DNA of 6,948 nucleotides from a virus (Duplodnaviria; Heunggongvirae; Uroviricota; Caudoviricetes): IMG/VR virus record IMGVR_UViG_2531839103_000014; one strand, 5' to 3'. Shown piece by piece: positions 6,832 to 6,948 of this stretch (position 1 is its first letter; each line of letters starts with the position of its first letter). The notes under the pieces were generated by a model. It saw only the letters and a program-made list of their open reading frames with translations, ran no database searches and was not told where the DNA came from. The position numbers and the translations under genes were made by a program.

Positions 6832-6948
6832 TATCTGCACTGCTCATTAATATACTTCTGGGTTCCTTCCAGTTGTTTTTGCATAGTGATCAGCCTCTCT
6901 CTGAGGGTGAAATAATCCCGTTCAGCGGTGTCTGCCAGTCGGGGGGCG
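6831..6948 (-). CDS. Rz: Rz (i-spanin) C-terminal fragment; 5' end beyond the window
   Basis: Minus-strand translation ...APRLADTAERDYFTLRERLITMQKQLEGTQKYINEQCR then TAG (6833-6831) matches my recollection of the lambda Rz C-terminus. Confidence 0.9.
   Translation of the reverse strand, partial: APRLADTAERDYFTLRERLITMQKQLEGTQKYINEQCR
6890..6948 (-). CDS. Rz1: Rz1 (o-spanin lipoprotein) C-terminal fragment, nested in the +1 frame of Rz
   Basis: Alternative minus-strand frame reads ...PPDWQTPLNGIISPSERG then TGA (6892-6890), matching the recalled lambda Rz1 C-terminus and its embedded position about 59 nt upstream of the Rz stop. Confidence 0.85.
   Translation of the reverse strand, partial: PPDWQTPLNGIISPSERG

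Noticed and set aside
1-6948. Search for a compact defence, toxin-antitoxin or other novel accessory system
   Set aside because: Every long ORF is accounted for by IS, head/packaging, bor or lysis functions, and the only sizeable non-coding interval (6098-6505) has no convincing ORF. I could not support a novel system from sequence alone.

Overview
This window is the late region of a lambdoid prophage (E. coli-type), with most genes on the minus strand. Reading right to left: the 3' ends of the nested lysis genes Rz/Rz1, a convergent bor lipoprotein gene on the plus strand, a 408-bp non-coding junction, then small terminase, large terminase, portal and an acidic scaffold-like protein. The next head gene (probably the major capsid protein) is cut off after 14 codons by the right end of an IS3-family insertion sequence (IS629-like), whose transposase 3' end fills positions 1-227. 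The prophage is therefore probably defective. I do not see a convincing novel defence or other self-contained system here. The most unusual signal is a 4 x 12-bp tandem repeat inside the small-terminase gene carrying four phased TGATC(G/A) Dam hexamers, the only GATC sites in that gene, which resembles the phage P1 pac architecture. Family assignments are from motifs, gene order and memory of lambda and IS629 sequences; no database search was run.
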